DNA of 13,639 nt from Candidatus Hydrogenedens sp. (GCA_049968235.1 JBMFRC010000036.1:1-13639), one strand, 5' to 3'; positions 1 to 9,208 are shown, counted from the first letter of the stretch. Notes: generated from the letters alone by a model not told the origin. Numbers and translations are program-made.

Positions 1-1
1 A

Positions 2-394
2 GAAAAAACAAAAGAAAAACCTGAACCCGAAAAAGAACAACCACCTAAGCCCGAACCTATATCAGTATCTTCTGCCCCTAAAGCACAGGTAGCAAACCCC
101 TTACCTCCAGAATTGGAATGGTGGGCAAAACAGGTGCAGAGAAAAATAGAATCCGCTTGGGACATTCCAAGTGGCGTAAAGATTGATAAGGAAAATAATG
201 TTGCCGAAGTTTCCTTCTGGGTAAATAGGAATGGGGAACTGATTGAACAGCCAGTAGTTACAAAAGAAGCCAGTGACCCCGAATTGGGGGAGTCGGGGAT
301 AAGGGCAATATTACTTGCAGCTCCTTTTCCTCGTTTCCCGGATGGCTTCAATAAAGATGAACAACTTGTTGTTTATGCCTTTTCTCTGGAATAA
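2..394 (+). CDS. TolA/TonB C-terminal domain protein, 5'-truncated by the window edge. The reading frame is open from base 2; the ORF track lists only the part from the first Met at 113.
   Basis: Frame 2 is open from position 2 and translates to EKNKEKPEPEKEQPPKPEPISVSS..., a Pro/Glu/Lys-rich linker typical of TonB/TolA. It is followed by a ~90-aa C-terminal globular domain. The gene sits directly upstream of tolB, so it is in the tolA position of a tol cluster. Stop codon at 392-394. Confidence 0.55.
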   Translation, partial: EKTKEKPEPEKEQPPKPEPISVSSAPKAQVANPLPPELEWWAKQVQRKIESAWDIPSGVKIDKENNVAEVSFWVNRNGELIEQPVVTKEASDPELGESGIRAILLAAPFPRFPDGFNKDEQLVVYAFSLE

Positions 395-418
395 GTAAGA
401 GGTTGCGGGATATAAATC

Positions 419-452
419 TTACATGTAAACAGTGTTTATTTTTCGATATAAT
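419..452 (+). promoter_or_regulatory. Perfect 10-bp palindrome TTACATGTAA (419-428) followed by a consensus TATAAT (447-452) in the tolA-tolB intergenic region. Candidate operator / internal promoter for tolB.
   Basis: Read directly from the sequence. The palindrome is its own reverse complement. TATAAT lies ~48 nt upstream of the tolB ATG. The -35 is weak (TGTAAA). Confidence 0.2.
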
Positions 453-499
453 ACTTCTAAAATAAGAGTTTTTATTATATTAATTTAAAGGAGTTATAA

Positions 500-1828
500 A
501 TGGAAAAGAAGCAAGTTTTTGCCATAATGTTATTATCTTTTTTATTACTTGGAATATTAATTGATGCAGTGGCACAGGACGCAATTCGTCTTCAATCTGT
601 AAGGGGAATAGATAGAAGAATTTTAATTGCAATCCCTCCTTTTTGCCCGGATACTCCTGATTTGAGTGGTGTTGCTGTAGAGTTAACCGAAGTAATGGCT
701 TATGATTTGGAATTTTCAGGACTATTTATTTTATTACCACGTGAACGCTATCCTATTGGATTTATTGCTCTGGATAAAGATGTAGCGAGTATTAACTTTG
801 AAGCATGGCGTGCTACAAAGGCAGAGTTTTTATTATATGGGCTAATAAAGAAAGAAGATGGGAAATATGTTTGTCAGTTCCGATTGTTGGACCTTCTTTC
901 GAGTAATCAAGTGGTTGGGAAAGAAGTGCGTGTAGATATTTCGAATTCTCGTTTAGCCTCACATAGATTCTCTGAGGAAGTAATCGCTTTTATTGATGGA
1001 ATTCCTGGAGTAGGAACAAGTCAGATTTGTTTTACAGGTATTGTGGGGAAGAATAAAGAGTTATTTATTGCAGATTATGATGGTGCGAATGTGAAACAAA
1101 TTACCGAACATGGCTCTATTTCAATAAAACCCAAAGTTTCTCCTGATGGGATGAAGATAGCATACCTGTCCTATAAGGACCGTTATTCCTTTTTATATGT
1201 TTTTGACCGTTTAACAGGTAAGGTAACACCATTATCAAAAGAAGTGGGATTAAATTCCGCTCCCGCATGGTTTCCTGATGGAAATCGGTTGGCGATGACT
1301 TTAAGTAAAGATGCTAATATGGAAATCTATATCCGTAATATGGACGGAAGCAATCCTGTTCGTATCACAAGGAATAAAGACGCAGATACATCTCCATGTA
1401 TATCTCCAGATGGTTCAAGAATAGCATTTGTAAGTGACCGGGGGGGCAATCCACAAGTTTATATTATGAGTATTGATGGTAACGATGCTCGTCGTGTTTC
1501 ATATCAAGGGGGAAATTCGTATGACCCGGCATGGTCCCCAGATGGGAAAATGATTGCCTATGTTGTTGAACAAAGGGGAGAAGGTTTTGAAATCTATGTA
1601 ATGGACGCAGACGGCTCTAATTCGCGAAGATTAACAAACTCTTATGGTAATAATGAATCTCCTACATGGTCGCCCGATTCTCGACATGTGATGTTTTGTT
1701 CTACGAGAAATGGACGATGGGAATTATGGACTGTAAATGTAAAAACGGGAGAAGAACGACGTGTCCCTAATTTAAAGATAGAATCTCAGGGACCTTCCTG
1801 GGGACCCCGTATGAAGAGCGATAAATAG
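500..1828 (+). CDS. tolB: Tol-Pal system periplasmic beta-propeller protein TolB
   Basis: 442 aa with an N-terminal signal peptide (MEKKQVFAIMLLSFLLLGILIDAVAQ). It has a TolB N-terminal domain followed by repeated PD40/WD40-like beta-propeller blades (SPDG..IAY/IAF, WSPDG, WFPDG motifs recur 5-6 times). There is a strong RBS (AAAGGAG) 8 nt upstream of the ATG. Confidence 0.9.
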   Translation: MEKKQVFAIMLLSFLLLGILIDAVAQDAIRLQSVRGIDRRILIAIPPFCPDTPDLSGVAVELTEVMAYDLEFSGLFILLPRERYPIGFIALDKDVASINFEAWRATKAEFLLYGLIKKEDGKYVCQFRLLDLLSSNQVVGKEVRVDISNSRLASHRFSEEVIAFIDGIPGVGTSQICFTGIVGKNKELFIADYDGANVKQITEHGSISIKPKVSPDGMKIAYLSYKDRYSFLYVFDRLTGKVTPLSKEVGLNSAPAWFPDGNRLAMTLSKDANMEIYIRNMDGSNPVRITRNKDADTSPCISPDGSRIAFVSDRGGNPQVYIMSIDGNDARRVSYQGGNSYDPAWSPDGKMIAYVVEQRGEGFEIYVMDADGSNSRRLTNSYGNNESPTWSPDSRHVMFCSTRNGRWELWTVNVKTGEERRVPNLKIESQGPSWGPRMKSDK

Positions 1829-1867
1829 AATATTACAAGAAGATAATTTAAATTAAAGGTTCAAGTT

Positions 1868-2335
1868 ATGCTACGGCATAGTGGAGAAAAATTAATTGTT
1901 CAAAATCGCCGTGCTCATTTTGATTATGAAATATTTGAGCGATATGAAGCAGGGATTTCATTAAAAGGGACAGAGGTAAAGTCACTGCGAACTTCAGGTA
2001 GTATGTCCATACAGGATGCCTATGTGGATTATGAGGGAGGAGAACTATTCCTTGTGAATGCATATATTCGTCCTTATGAGCAGGGGAATATCTTGAATCA
2101 TGACCCCCATCGTGAAAGAAAATTATTACTTCATAAACGCGAGATAATCCGATTGGGAAAAAGGATTGAAGAAAAGGGTTTAACTTTAATTCCGTTACGG
2201 GTTTATTTTAAGAATGGTCTGGTAAAAGTGGAAATAGGATTGGGTCGTGGTAAGAAGGTTATAGATAAACGAGAAGATATAAAAAAGAAGGAAACACAGA
2301 GAGAAATTGAACGGGTTGTAAAAAGATTCCGATGA
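1868..2335 (+). CDS. smpB: SsrA-binding protein SmpB (trans-translation)
   Basis: 155 aa. It contains NRRAHFDYEIFERYEAGISLKGTEVKSLR (E. coli SmpB has [28 protein letters not shown]), DPHRERKLLL (E. coli DPTRTRKLLL) and GKKVIDKREDIKKKE (E. coli GKKQHDKRSDIKERE), plus the basic C-terminal tail typical of SmpB. Confidence 0.93.
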   Translation: MLRHSGEKLIVQNRRAHFDYEIFERYEAGISLKGTEVKSLRTSGSMSIQDAYVDYEGGELFLVNAYIRPYEQGNILNHDPHRERKLLLHKREIIRLGKRIEEKGLTLIPLRVYFKNGLVKVEIGLGRGKKVIDKREDIKKKETQREIERVVKRFR

Positions 2336-2373
2336 ACACTTGTCTATTATTTATGAACCGATGGAGATAGATT

Positions 2374-2742
2374 ATGGAGATGAATGAACAAAAAAGAAGA
2401 AATCCGATAAAGTGGGAACCTAAAGATTTCTGGCTACAGTATATCGGCTCTATGACACCTTCGGCATTTTTAAAAATTTCTGGTGTTTATAGTCCTTATA
2501 GAGCAGTAGAAAAACATTTACAAAAATTATCTACCTTTTACGGTATTGTTCGACGAAATACATGGAAGGAAACATTTGGAGAACCTTTACAATTTAGTTA
2601 CGAAGAGGTATATTGGGGGATTATTGCCTATTTGAAAGAAACCGAAAACGAATGGAAACAGGAATGGAGAGAATTCTGGCTTGCTAAGGATGATGAGGAC
2701 CCATTAGACGTAAACGATATTTCTAAACCATCAGAGAATTAA
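2374..2742 (+). CDS. Hypothetical protein (122 aa, Trp-rich, acidic C-terminus)
   Basis: Clean ORF with a GGAGA RBS 6 nt upstream of the ATG. It has short gaps to both neighbours (38 nt and 20 nt), so it is probably co-transcribed with smpB and the downstream NYN-like gene. I recognise no known family; the sequence is W-rich (WEPKDFW, EWKQEWREFW). Confidence 0.55.
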   Translation: MEMNEQKRRNPIKWEPKDFWLQYIGSMTPSAFLKISGVYSPYRAVEKHLQKLSTFYGIVRRNTWKETFGEPLQFSYEEVYWGIIAYLKETENEWKQEWREFWLAKDDEDPLDVNDISKPSEN

Positions 2743-2762
2743 TAAATATTGCAAGTTTAAAA

Positions 2763-3485
2763 ATGAGCCGTCAACGACATCGGGGAAAGAACCCGGAAGA
2801 TGAAAAACTGTTTACCACAGAACAGATGGTACTGTTAAGAAAAGCAGTTGAAGACCTTTCGTATCTTTATACACGAGGTTATTCAGAAAAAATAGCGTTG
2901 AAAATGGTCGGTGACCATTATCAATTAAAAAGCCGACAAAGACTTGTAATTCAAAGGGCAGTATGTTCAGATACCTCTTTGGAAATTCGCAAAAAGAATG
3001 AGGTTGGTGAGTATATAAAAAAAGGAGAGCAATTTTTCATTGATGGATACAATATTTTAATTACTGTGGAAAGTCTATTATCTTGCGGTGTATTAATTTG
3101 TGGGAGAGATGGTTGTATTCGTGATATAGCCAGTTTGCATGGTACCTATCATAAAGTTGAAGAGACTGTTCCTGCAATTTATTGGATAGGTGAACACTTA
3201 TCTAATCTTGAACCTTCGGAGGTAATCTGGTTTATGGACAAACCTATATCTAATAGTAAAAGGTTAGCTCAATTGATTGAAATGATTTCTAAAGAACGAG
3301 AATGGAACTGGAGAGTAGAAGTCGTTAAGAATCCGGATTCTGAAATTGTGAAAAGATGTGGTATTGCTATCTCTTCAGATAGTTGGATTCTTGACAGAGT
3401 TCCCCACTGGTTAAATTTTGTCTCGCGGAATATAAAAGATTCATGGGAGAAATTGAAAATACTCGATTTTTCAGGTAGTGTCTAA
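2763..3485 (+). CDS. Two-domain protein with a C-terminal YacP/Rae1-like NYN (PIN-like) ribonuclease domain; architecture resembles DUF434 + DUF5616 proteins
   Basis: 240 aa. The C-terminal half begins FFIDGYNILITVESLL. (h)DGYN(V/I) is the hallmark first beta-strand motif of NYN/YacP nucleases, and the domain ends ..CGIAISSDSWILD, matching the C-terminal (V/I)x(T/S)SD motif of Rae1/YacP. Conserved acidic residues sit between them (GRDGCIRD, FMDKP). The N-terminal ~90 aa contains an RGY motif, as I recall for DUF434. This assignment is from memory and not verified by a search. Confidence 0.6.
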   Translation: MSRQRHRGKNPEDEKLFTTEQMVLLRKAVEDLSYLYTRGYSEKIALKMVGDHYQLKSRQRLVIQRAVCSDTSLEIRKKNEVGEYIKKGEQFFIDGYNILITVESLLSCGVLICGRDGCIRDIASLHGTYHKVEETVPAIYWIGEHLSNLEPSEVIWFMDKPISNSKRLAQLIEMISKEREWNWRVEVVKNPDSEIVKRCGIAISSDSWILDRVPHWLNFVSRNIKDSWEKLKILDFSGSV

Positions 3486-3499
3486 ATAAGGATGGATTA

Positions 3500-6154
3500 T
3501 TATAAATAGTTTTTTAAATTTTTAATTAGTGTATTAATATTATAGGGTTTTGTTAAGAAACCTTGAATAGGAAAGTCTATGTCATTTTCGCTGAAGGTAT
3601 GTTGTAAAAATCCTGTGCTGAGGAAAATAGGGAGATTGGGAAATTCGGAACGAATGATTCGTGCAACATCTGTCCCATCTAAATGAGGCATTGTTATATC
3701 TAAAATAATAGCAGAAAATTTATTTTTATGTTCGTTAAAGAGTTGAAGAGCCTCCCGACCATCCTTGGCTGTAATTACTGTAAACCCGAGTTTTTCAAGC
3801 ATCTTTGTGGTAACCTGAAGGACAACAGGTTCATCATCCGCAAAAAGAATGAGCCCCTTTCCTTTCCATGAGGATAAATTGTTGATTTCACGGGGCTGTT
3901 CTTCTATTCCATGGATTGCGGGGAAGAATAATTTAAATGTGGTTCCTTTTCCTACTTCACTGTAAACTTTTATTGTCCCACTATGTGCCCGGATAATGCC
4001 CATGATAGTGGCTAATCCCAAACCTCTACCGGTATCTTTTGTAGTGAAAAACGGGTCAAATATTTTTGACATCGTTTCAGGGGGCATACCACAGCCATTG
4101 TCAGACACTTCCATGTAAATATATTTTTTCTTCTCTATTCCTTCCTGAAACCATGTTGTCCGTATATAACTCTCTGTAAAATCTACTACCCCTGTTTTTA
4201 TACGAATAACACCACTTCGATTGCCTATGGCATCAGAGGCGTTGATAACAAGATTTACAAGCACAGAACGGAGTTGCCCTATTTCTCCGTTGATAAGTGG
4301 AAGTTCAGGGTCAAACTGGAAATCTAATAATATTTTTTTAGAGATACTAACCTTTAATAAATGCTCTGTTTCTTTAATAATGTGATTTAAATTACAAGGT
4401 TGATAAGGTTGTTGCTTTTTTCCGGCAAAAGTGAGTAACTGCCGGCATAATTCTCCGGCATCCTTAATGGTTTCTTCTATATTCTGCAGATAATTTGCTA
4501 TAGCAGATGGTTTATTTATTTCCGCTCTGGCTAATTCCGCATGTCCCATAATTGCCATAAGGTAATTATTAAAATCGTGGGCTACTGAACTTGAAAGTAC
4601 CCCTAAACTTTCTAATTTTTGTATATGTTGAATTTGTTTCTGGAATTGTTTTTTCTCTTCTTGAACTTTTTTTATTTCTGAAATATCTCGAAACAGAATA
4701 AGAATTAAGGGAATTCTATTTGAGAAACGAACAAAACGGTGGATGACCCGTAAAGTTAATGGATTTCCTTTCTTGTTTTTCTCTATGATTTCAACTTCTA
4801 TTAAGGGGTGTGTATCTTCGCTTTGAGAAATTTTTTTATTTAATTCGGGAGCGAAGTTTTCTATTGGTTTGAAGAGGACTTCATCAATGTCCCATCCTAA
4901 TATTTCTTCACTGGTTTTATTCCAGAATTCAATGTTACCTTCTTCATTAATTGCGATAATTCCAATGGGGGCTGAATCAATGAGAGTTTTTAACAAAGAC
5001 ATAGTTTCGTTAAGGGTATTAATCAATGATTTTAATTCGGTAATATCTTCATACATTCCTAACACACCATAAGGGACACCCCCAGGACCCATAAGGGGTA
5101 TTTTGCTTGTCCTTAGCCATAGTTGTTTACCATCAGGGGTCGTTTGTGGCTCTTCATAAAATATTTTAGGTTTTCCCGAAGTAATCACTTCACGGTCATC
5201 CTTACGATAAATCTCTGCTTCAGATTTCCATGGCAGTTCGAAATCTGTAGTCCCGATAACTTCCTCAGGACTATTTTTGCCAGCATCTTTTGCAAAAGCA
5301 AGATTACAACCTAAATAATGAAGATTTTTGTCTTTCCAGAATACACGGACAGGTAGTAAATCAAGGACAATCCGCAGAAACTTCATTGCTTTTTCTTTTT
5401 CCTCGTCTTTTGCTTCTCTTTCATCTAAGTTCTCGATATGAACGAAGAAACCATAAAGGGAATCCGAATTATTTTCTGGAATTGGAATTAGATGAACAAG
5501 AGCCCTAAAAGTAGAATGGTCTTTTTTTATGTAAATTTTCTCGAATACAAAAATTTTATTAGTGGATGAAAACGGTTGCTTTAATACTTCATTGAAAAGA
5601 GTTAATTCCTGGGCAAGATTTTCATATATGGTTAAGTCCTGCCATGTGAGTTTTAGTAATTCATCTCTGGTAAAGCCCAAAAGGGAGCATAAAGCAGGGT
5701 TTGCTTCAACCCAATAGCCTGCTATATTAGTAATACCTATCGGGATTTTGATTTGCTGTATGAAATTGTATATGAGAGGATGTTGATAAAAGGGGCTTTT
5801 CGGTTCAGGGAGTATATGGGTGTAGTCATACAAAGTAAGAATATCGTTTTGAGGATTTAATTCAGATTTTTCGATGGTTAGATGACACCAGAAATATTTG
5901 TTTTTTCTGTTATTGAGCCAGAGTTTAAAATGGTTATCCGATGTAATAATATTATTTCTGTAATGTTGTAGAAATTTTCTGATAGATTCCTTTTGAGGTT
6001 CAAAAATCCAATCTATAAAGTAAGTATTTTCAAATTCTTTAAAGTCTAAATCTAGGAAATCAAGTTCGTCGGATTGAACCCGTTCTATTTTTCCTTCCTG
6101 GTCTAATAATATTGTAAAGACTTTTGGTAAAAACGATATTTGCATGAAAACCAC
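3500..6154 (-). CDS. Hybrid sensor histidine kinase: cytoplasmic, multiple PAS/PAC domains, HisKA + HATPase_c, C-terminal CheY-like receiver
   Basis: 884 aa with no obvious TM segments. There are repeated PAS-like blocks. The H-box is [21 protein letters not shown]. The ATP-binding G-boxes are DNGCGMPPE...FDPFFTTK...[11 protein letters not shown]...[12 protein letters not shown] receiver domain follows ([11 protein letters not shown]...[14 protein letters not shown]...IFLSTGF, with the phospho-acceptor Asp inside ILDITMP). The track start is a GTG at 6154; an in-frame ATG at 6145 (MQISF...) is an alternative start. Confidence 0.9.
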   Translation of the reverse strand: MVFMQISFLPKVFTILLDQEGKIERVQSDELDFLDLDFKEFENTYFIDWIFEPQKESIRKFLQHYRNNIITSDNHFKLWLNNRKNKYFWCHLTIEKSELNPQNDILTLYDYTHILPEPKSPFYQHPLIYNFIQQIKIPIGITNIAGYWVEANPALCSLLGFTRDELLKLTWQDLTIYENLAQELTLFNEVLKQPFSSTNKIFVFEKIYIKKDHSTFRALVHLIPIPENNSDSLYGFFVHIENLDEREAKDEEKEKAMKFLRIVLDLLPVRVFWKDKNLHYLGCNLAFAKDAGKNSPEEVIGTTDFELPWKSEAEIYRKDDREVITSGKPKIFYEEPQTTPDGKQLWLRTSKIPLMGPGGVPYGVLGMYEDITELKSLINTLNETMSLLKTLIDSAPIGIIAINEEGNIEFWNKTSEEILGWDIDEVLFKPIENFAPELNKKISQSEDTHPLIEVEIIEKNKKGNPLTLRVIHRFVRFSNRIPLILILFRDISEIKKVQEEKKQFQKQIQHIQKLESLGVLSSSVAHDFNNYLMAIMGHAELARAEINKPSAIANYLQNIEETIKDAGELCRQLLTFAGKKQQPYQPCNLNHIIKETEHLLKVSISKKILLDFQFDPELPLINGEIGQLRSVLVNLVINASDAIGNRSGVIRIKTGVVDFTESYIRTTWFQEGIEKKKYIYMEVSDNGCGMPPETMSKIFDPFFTTKDTGRGLGLATIMGIIRAHSGTIKVYSEVGKGTTFKLFFPAIHGIEEQPREINNLSSWKGKGLILFADDEPVVLQVTTKMLEKLGFTVITAKDGREALQLFNEHKNKFSAIILDITMPHLDGTDVARIIRSEFPNLPIFLSTGFLQHTFSENDIDFPIQGFLTKPYNINTLIKNLKNYL

Positions 6155-6243
6155 TTTTTATTTATATATGACACCATTATATATTATATATTAGTGAGTG
6201 GAAGAAATTATAATTTTATATTCATTTGGAATTGTTATTTATC

Positions 6244-7545
6244 TTAACTGTTTACATAGGTATCAACTGTTTGTCGGAGGGTTTTCATTATCCAGTTACG
6301 TTTGGTATCATCTGTTTCCAATAATGTTATTCGGAATCCCGGATAATGGGATTGGAAACCACTAAGGGGAACGACTACGATGCCTGTTGAACCCATAAGA
6401 TAGTAAACAAATCGTTTATCAGGAGGTGCGTTTACAACTATACTCTCGATATATGCTTTAATTTTTTCATTTTCTATGGGTAGTGTTTGATGGTTATTCA
6501 GGACATTCTCTTTGAACATAATTGTTGCATAAAATGCCCCACCTGGTCGGTTCAAAACAATATAAGGACAACCGCGAAAGGTGTCCATTAGTTCATCCGC
6601 TCTACTGCTAAATATGGATGCCCGCTGGCGGAGATGTTGAGGGTATCTGGAATCACCCATAATTTTAGGAATGACCATTTGAGGGAATGTTGTTGAACAG
6701 ACTTCTAATCGTTTCGCAGCAAGTAAACTATCTATATATTCAGAAAAATTGGGGTCCTTTTTACGATTTAAAACTTCAATCCATCCACAACGTGCACCCG
6801 GCCATGGGAATTCTTTACTTATTCCTCGCATGGCAATTCCTGGAACATCTTCAATCCACTGACTTAAATGAATTTTGGGATAGCCTGGAAAAACAATATG
6901 GCTGTAAATTTCATCGGTAATAATAAATAAATCATATTCTCTGGCAATTTTCAAGATTTCTTCAAGTACACTACGAGGATAGACAGCCCCTGTAGGATTG
7001 TCCGGGGATAGAAGTAAAATACCCGCAATAGAATCATTATATTTTACTTTGTTTCGTAAATCATATAAATCCGGCATCCAATTATTATAGGGGTCTAATT
7101 TATAAGTTAGGTGATTATAGCCGGAATGTGCCGCTTCTGCGGATGAATGTGTACTATAGGCAGGAGAAGGTCCTAAAACCCGAGCCTCTCTTTTTAAGAA
7201 ACCATAAACTTTGGCTACTGCATCACCAATTCCATTAAAAAAGATAATATCATCCGGAGTAATTTTTGTGCTACCACTTCGCTGGTTTACCATTTCTGCA
7301 AGAAACATTCTTGTTTCAGGAACACCTGCGGTATCGCAATAACCATAGGTTCGAGAATCATCAATGGTTTCATGAATTATCTCCTTAATCCACGGTGCAA
7401 TTTCCTCCCCTTTTTCAATAGGGTCACCAATATTTTCCCATGTGATAGGTTGTCCCAATTCTTTTACTTTATTCGCAATAGCAACGATTTCTCGGATTTC
7501 ATAACTTAAATTACGAGAACCTTCATGAACAATGTTTCTACGCAT
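6244..7545 (-). CDS. PLP-dependent class I/II aminotransferase, alanine-aminotransferase (AlaA)-like
   Basis: 433 aa. The motif LLLSPDNPTGAVY matches the AlaA family INPNNPTGAVY. The PLP-lysine motif is SKEFPWPGARCGW (SK..G.R.G). The N-terminal region NLSYEIREIV resembles the AlaA YDIRGPV region. An RBS-like GTGAGG lies upstream of the ATG. Confidence 0.85.
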   Translation of the reverse strand: MRRNIVHEGSRNLSYEIREIVAIANKVKELGQPITWENIGDPIEKGEEIAPWIKEIIHETIDDSRTYGYCDTAGVPETRMFLAEMVNQRSGSTKITPDDIIFFNGIGDAVAKVYGFLKREARVLGPSPAYSTHSSAEAAHSGYNHLTYKLDPYNNWMPDLYDLRNKVKYNDSIAGILLLSPDNPTGAVYPRSVLEEILKIAREYDLFIITDEIYSHIVFPGYPKIHLSQWIEDVPGIAMRGISKEFPWPGARCGWIEVLNRKKDPNFSEYIDSLLAAKRLEVCSTTFPQMVIPKIMGDSRYPQHLRQRASIFSSRADELMDTFRGCPYIVLNRPGGAFYATIMFKENVLNNHQTLPIENEKIKAYIESIVVNAPPDKRFVYYLMGSTGIVVVPLSGFQSHYPGFRITLLETDDTKRNWIMKTLRQTVDTYVNS

Positions 7546-7651
7546 ATAAGCCTCACTTTAGATAAAAATAATAATTGAATAGATTTATAAGATTTCTATT
7601 GGTAAGAAATGATTAAAGAGTATAATAGTTTACAACTTTGAGGGGTAAAAA

Positions 7652-8998
7652 TTAAAATACACATGCAAGAAATTTATCTTCTATAATTTGAGCAGGATGA
7701 TTATCCATAAAAAAATTATTACCTACACCGGCTTTGTTTATTATGAATTCGTCCCTTTGAGTTCCTTCCATATCAAAAGAACGATATATCAGCCGATTAC
7801 TTATACCTTTTTCTATAGTAATAATTTGGTAAGTGGGAATTTTCTCAAATGCTATTTCAATAATTTCTGTTTTCTCTTGTTGCTCGTAGGATTTTGTTCC
7901 TGAAAAGGATATTACATAATAAGTGCCCTCTGTGGGAGAAACTTTTTGGTTATTTTTTAATGGATATGTTCGCCAATAAGAATGGTCATGCCCTTGAAAT
8001 ACTATATCTACATGATATTGGTCTATTAATGGAAGCCATGCGTCCCTTAAATGTTTGTTATCTCTTCTTGGTGCGGAACTGTAGAAAGGTTGATGAAATA
8101 ACAAGAATTTCCAGAGAGACGAAGACCCTGAAAGTTGATGTTCCAACCAGGGGACTTGCTGTTCTGGATTATGGTTGGCGTTTAAGATTATAAACTGTGC
8201 ATTTAGGTATTTGACTGAATAACAAAATTCGCTGGTGATGTTTGCGGGTCCGTTTGTGGGCAGGACAAAGAAATCGAGATACATCTTAGGTAAAAGAGGA
8301 TTTGATTTATATTCATGGTTACCAATGGTCGGAACTATAGGATATTGGGCAAAGATATTATCTGCATAATGGAAAAAGGCATCCCAATCATCCCTTTCAT
8401 TCCCTCGATTTACAAGGTCGCCTGCCATTAAAATAAAGGAACAATCCGGACATTTTTCAATAGATTTTTTTAACAATTTTCCCCATTCTTCCAGACCATT
8501 TTGGGCATCACCTAAATAAATAAAAGAAAAAGTTTTTGCCTGAGTAGGTTCTGTTTTAAAGGTGTACCAATCACTCCATATTTCTAAATTGGGATTTCCT
8601 ACACGATATTCGTAATTTGTATTGGGTTCTAATGAATTGAGTGTAACAAACCAACGATAAATTTCCGGATTATTCTTTAAAGAAGGGTCGATAATAGAAA
8701 TGAACTTTGCAGATGTTCTTTTCGTCGATTCCTTATTTTGTTCTGTTTTCTTGTGCCATTCCACAATGCCTTCTTTGACTTCCGGCGATGTACTCCACTG
8801 AATTGTCATAGAAGTTGATGGAGTTTCTGTAAGGGTGAGTGTGATTTGTGCTGGAACTTGAGTAATAGGGAAGGGTGTCTCTCTATCTGGAGGGGTTTTT
8901 ACATCAGCAAATATGGGAGCGATAGCAGTTAGAAGAGTTATAAAGAAAATGAGGGTATAAACAAAAATACTAACATTTAAATTTTTGACTCTTATCAT
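7652..8998 (-). CDS. Secreted purple-acid-phosphatase-like calcineurin-type metallophosphoesterase with an N-terminal FN3-like domain
   Basis: 448 aa with a signal peptide/TM segment (IFVYTLIFFITLLTAIAPIFA). The ~100-aa N-terminal region resembles the PAP N-terminal domain (QWSTSPEVKEGIVEW...NTNYEYRVG). The metallophosphatase motifs are YLGDAQNG, AGDLVNRG, IGNHEY, LLFHQPFY and FQGHDHSYWR (the GHxHxYER type of purple acid phosphatases). AAAGGA RBS. Confidence 0.85.
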   Translation of the reverse strand: MIRVKNLNVSIFVYTLIFFITLLTAIAPIFADVKTPPDRETPFPITQVPAQITLTLTETPSTSMTIQWSTSPEVKEGIVEWHKKTEQNKESTKRTSAKFISIIDPSLKNNPEIYRWFVTLNSLEPNTNYEYRVGNPNLEIWSDWYTFKTEPTQAKTFSFIYLGDAQNGLEEWGKLLKKSIEKCPDCSFILMAGDLVNRGNERDDWDAFFHYADNIFAQYPIVPTIGNHEYKSNPLLPKMYLDFFVLPTNGPANITSEFCYSVKYLNAQFIILNANHNPEQQVPWLEHQLSGSSSLWKFLLFHQPFYSSAPRRDNKHLRDAWLPLIDQYHVDIVFQGHDHSYWRTYPLKNNQKVSPTEGTYYVISFSGTKSYEQQEKTEIIEIAFEKIPTYQIITIEKGISNRLIYRSFDMEGTQRDEFIINKAGVGNNFFMDNHPAQIIEDKFLACVF

Positions 8999-9069
8999 GT
9001 TTAATCCTTTTCAGTGAAGGTGAGAAGATAAATAAGAAATAACTTATCTATTAGATAAAGAATAATTTA

Positions 9070-9083
9070 AAAAAGTTTCAAAA
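9070..9083. repeat. Exact 14-nt direct repeat AAAAAGTTTCAAAA, copy 1 (copy 2 at 9457-9470). Together the copies bracket the G-rich island.
   Basis: Both copies were read directly from the sequence. Copy 2 is part of a tandem CAAAAAGTTT-CAAAAGTTT (9456-9474). A fourth CAAAAAGTTTA occurs at 9629-9639. Confidence 0.5.
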
Positions 9084-9208
9084 ATTAATATGCTAACTGA
9101 AACTGTACATGAAAAGAATGGGGAAAGTAATTGTTAAAGGGAAATTTTAAATTATTGTAACTTTTTTTTAATATTGATTGTTGTATTTTTTTTCCCTATT
9201 TAAAAAAG

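Noticed and set aside
1866-2063. 65-aa - strand ORF overlapping smpB
   Set aside because: It is antisense to a confidently identified SmpB gene and no start signal is evident. Spurious.
4869-5508. Three small + strand ORFs (4869-5072, 5123-5314, 5290-5508) inside the kinase gene
   Set aside because: They lie entirely antisense within a well-supported 884-aa kinase CDS, have low-complexity translations and have no RBS. They are spurious.
6687-6920. 77-aa + strand ORF inside the aminotransferase gene
   Set aside because: It is antisense to a strong aminotransferase CDS. Spurious.
7688-8193. Two + strand ORFs (7688-7903, 7894-8193) inside the phosphatase gene
   Set aside because: They are antisense within a metallophosphoesterase CDS with all catalytic motifs intact. 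Spurious.
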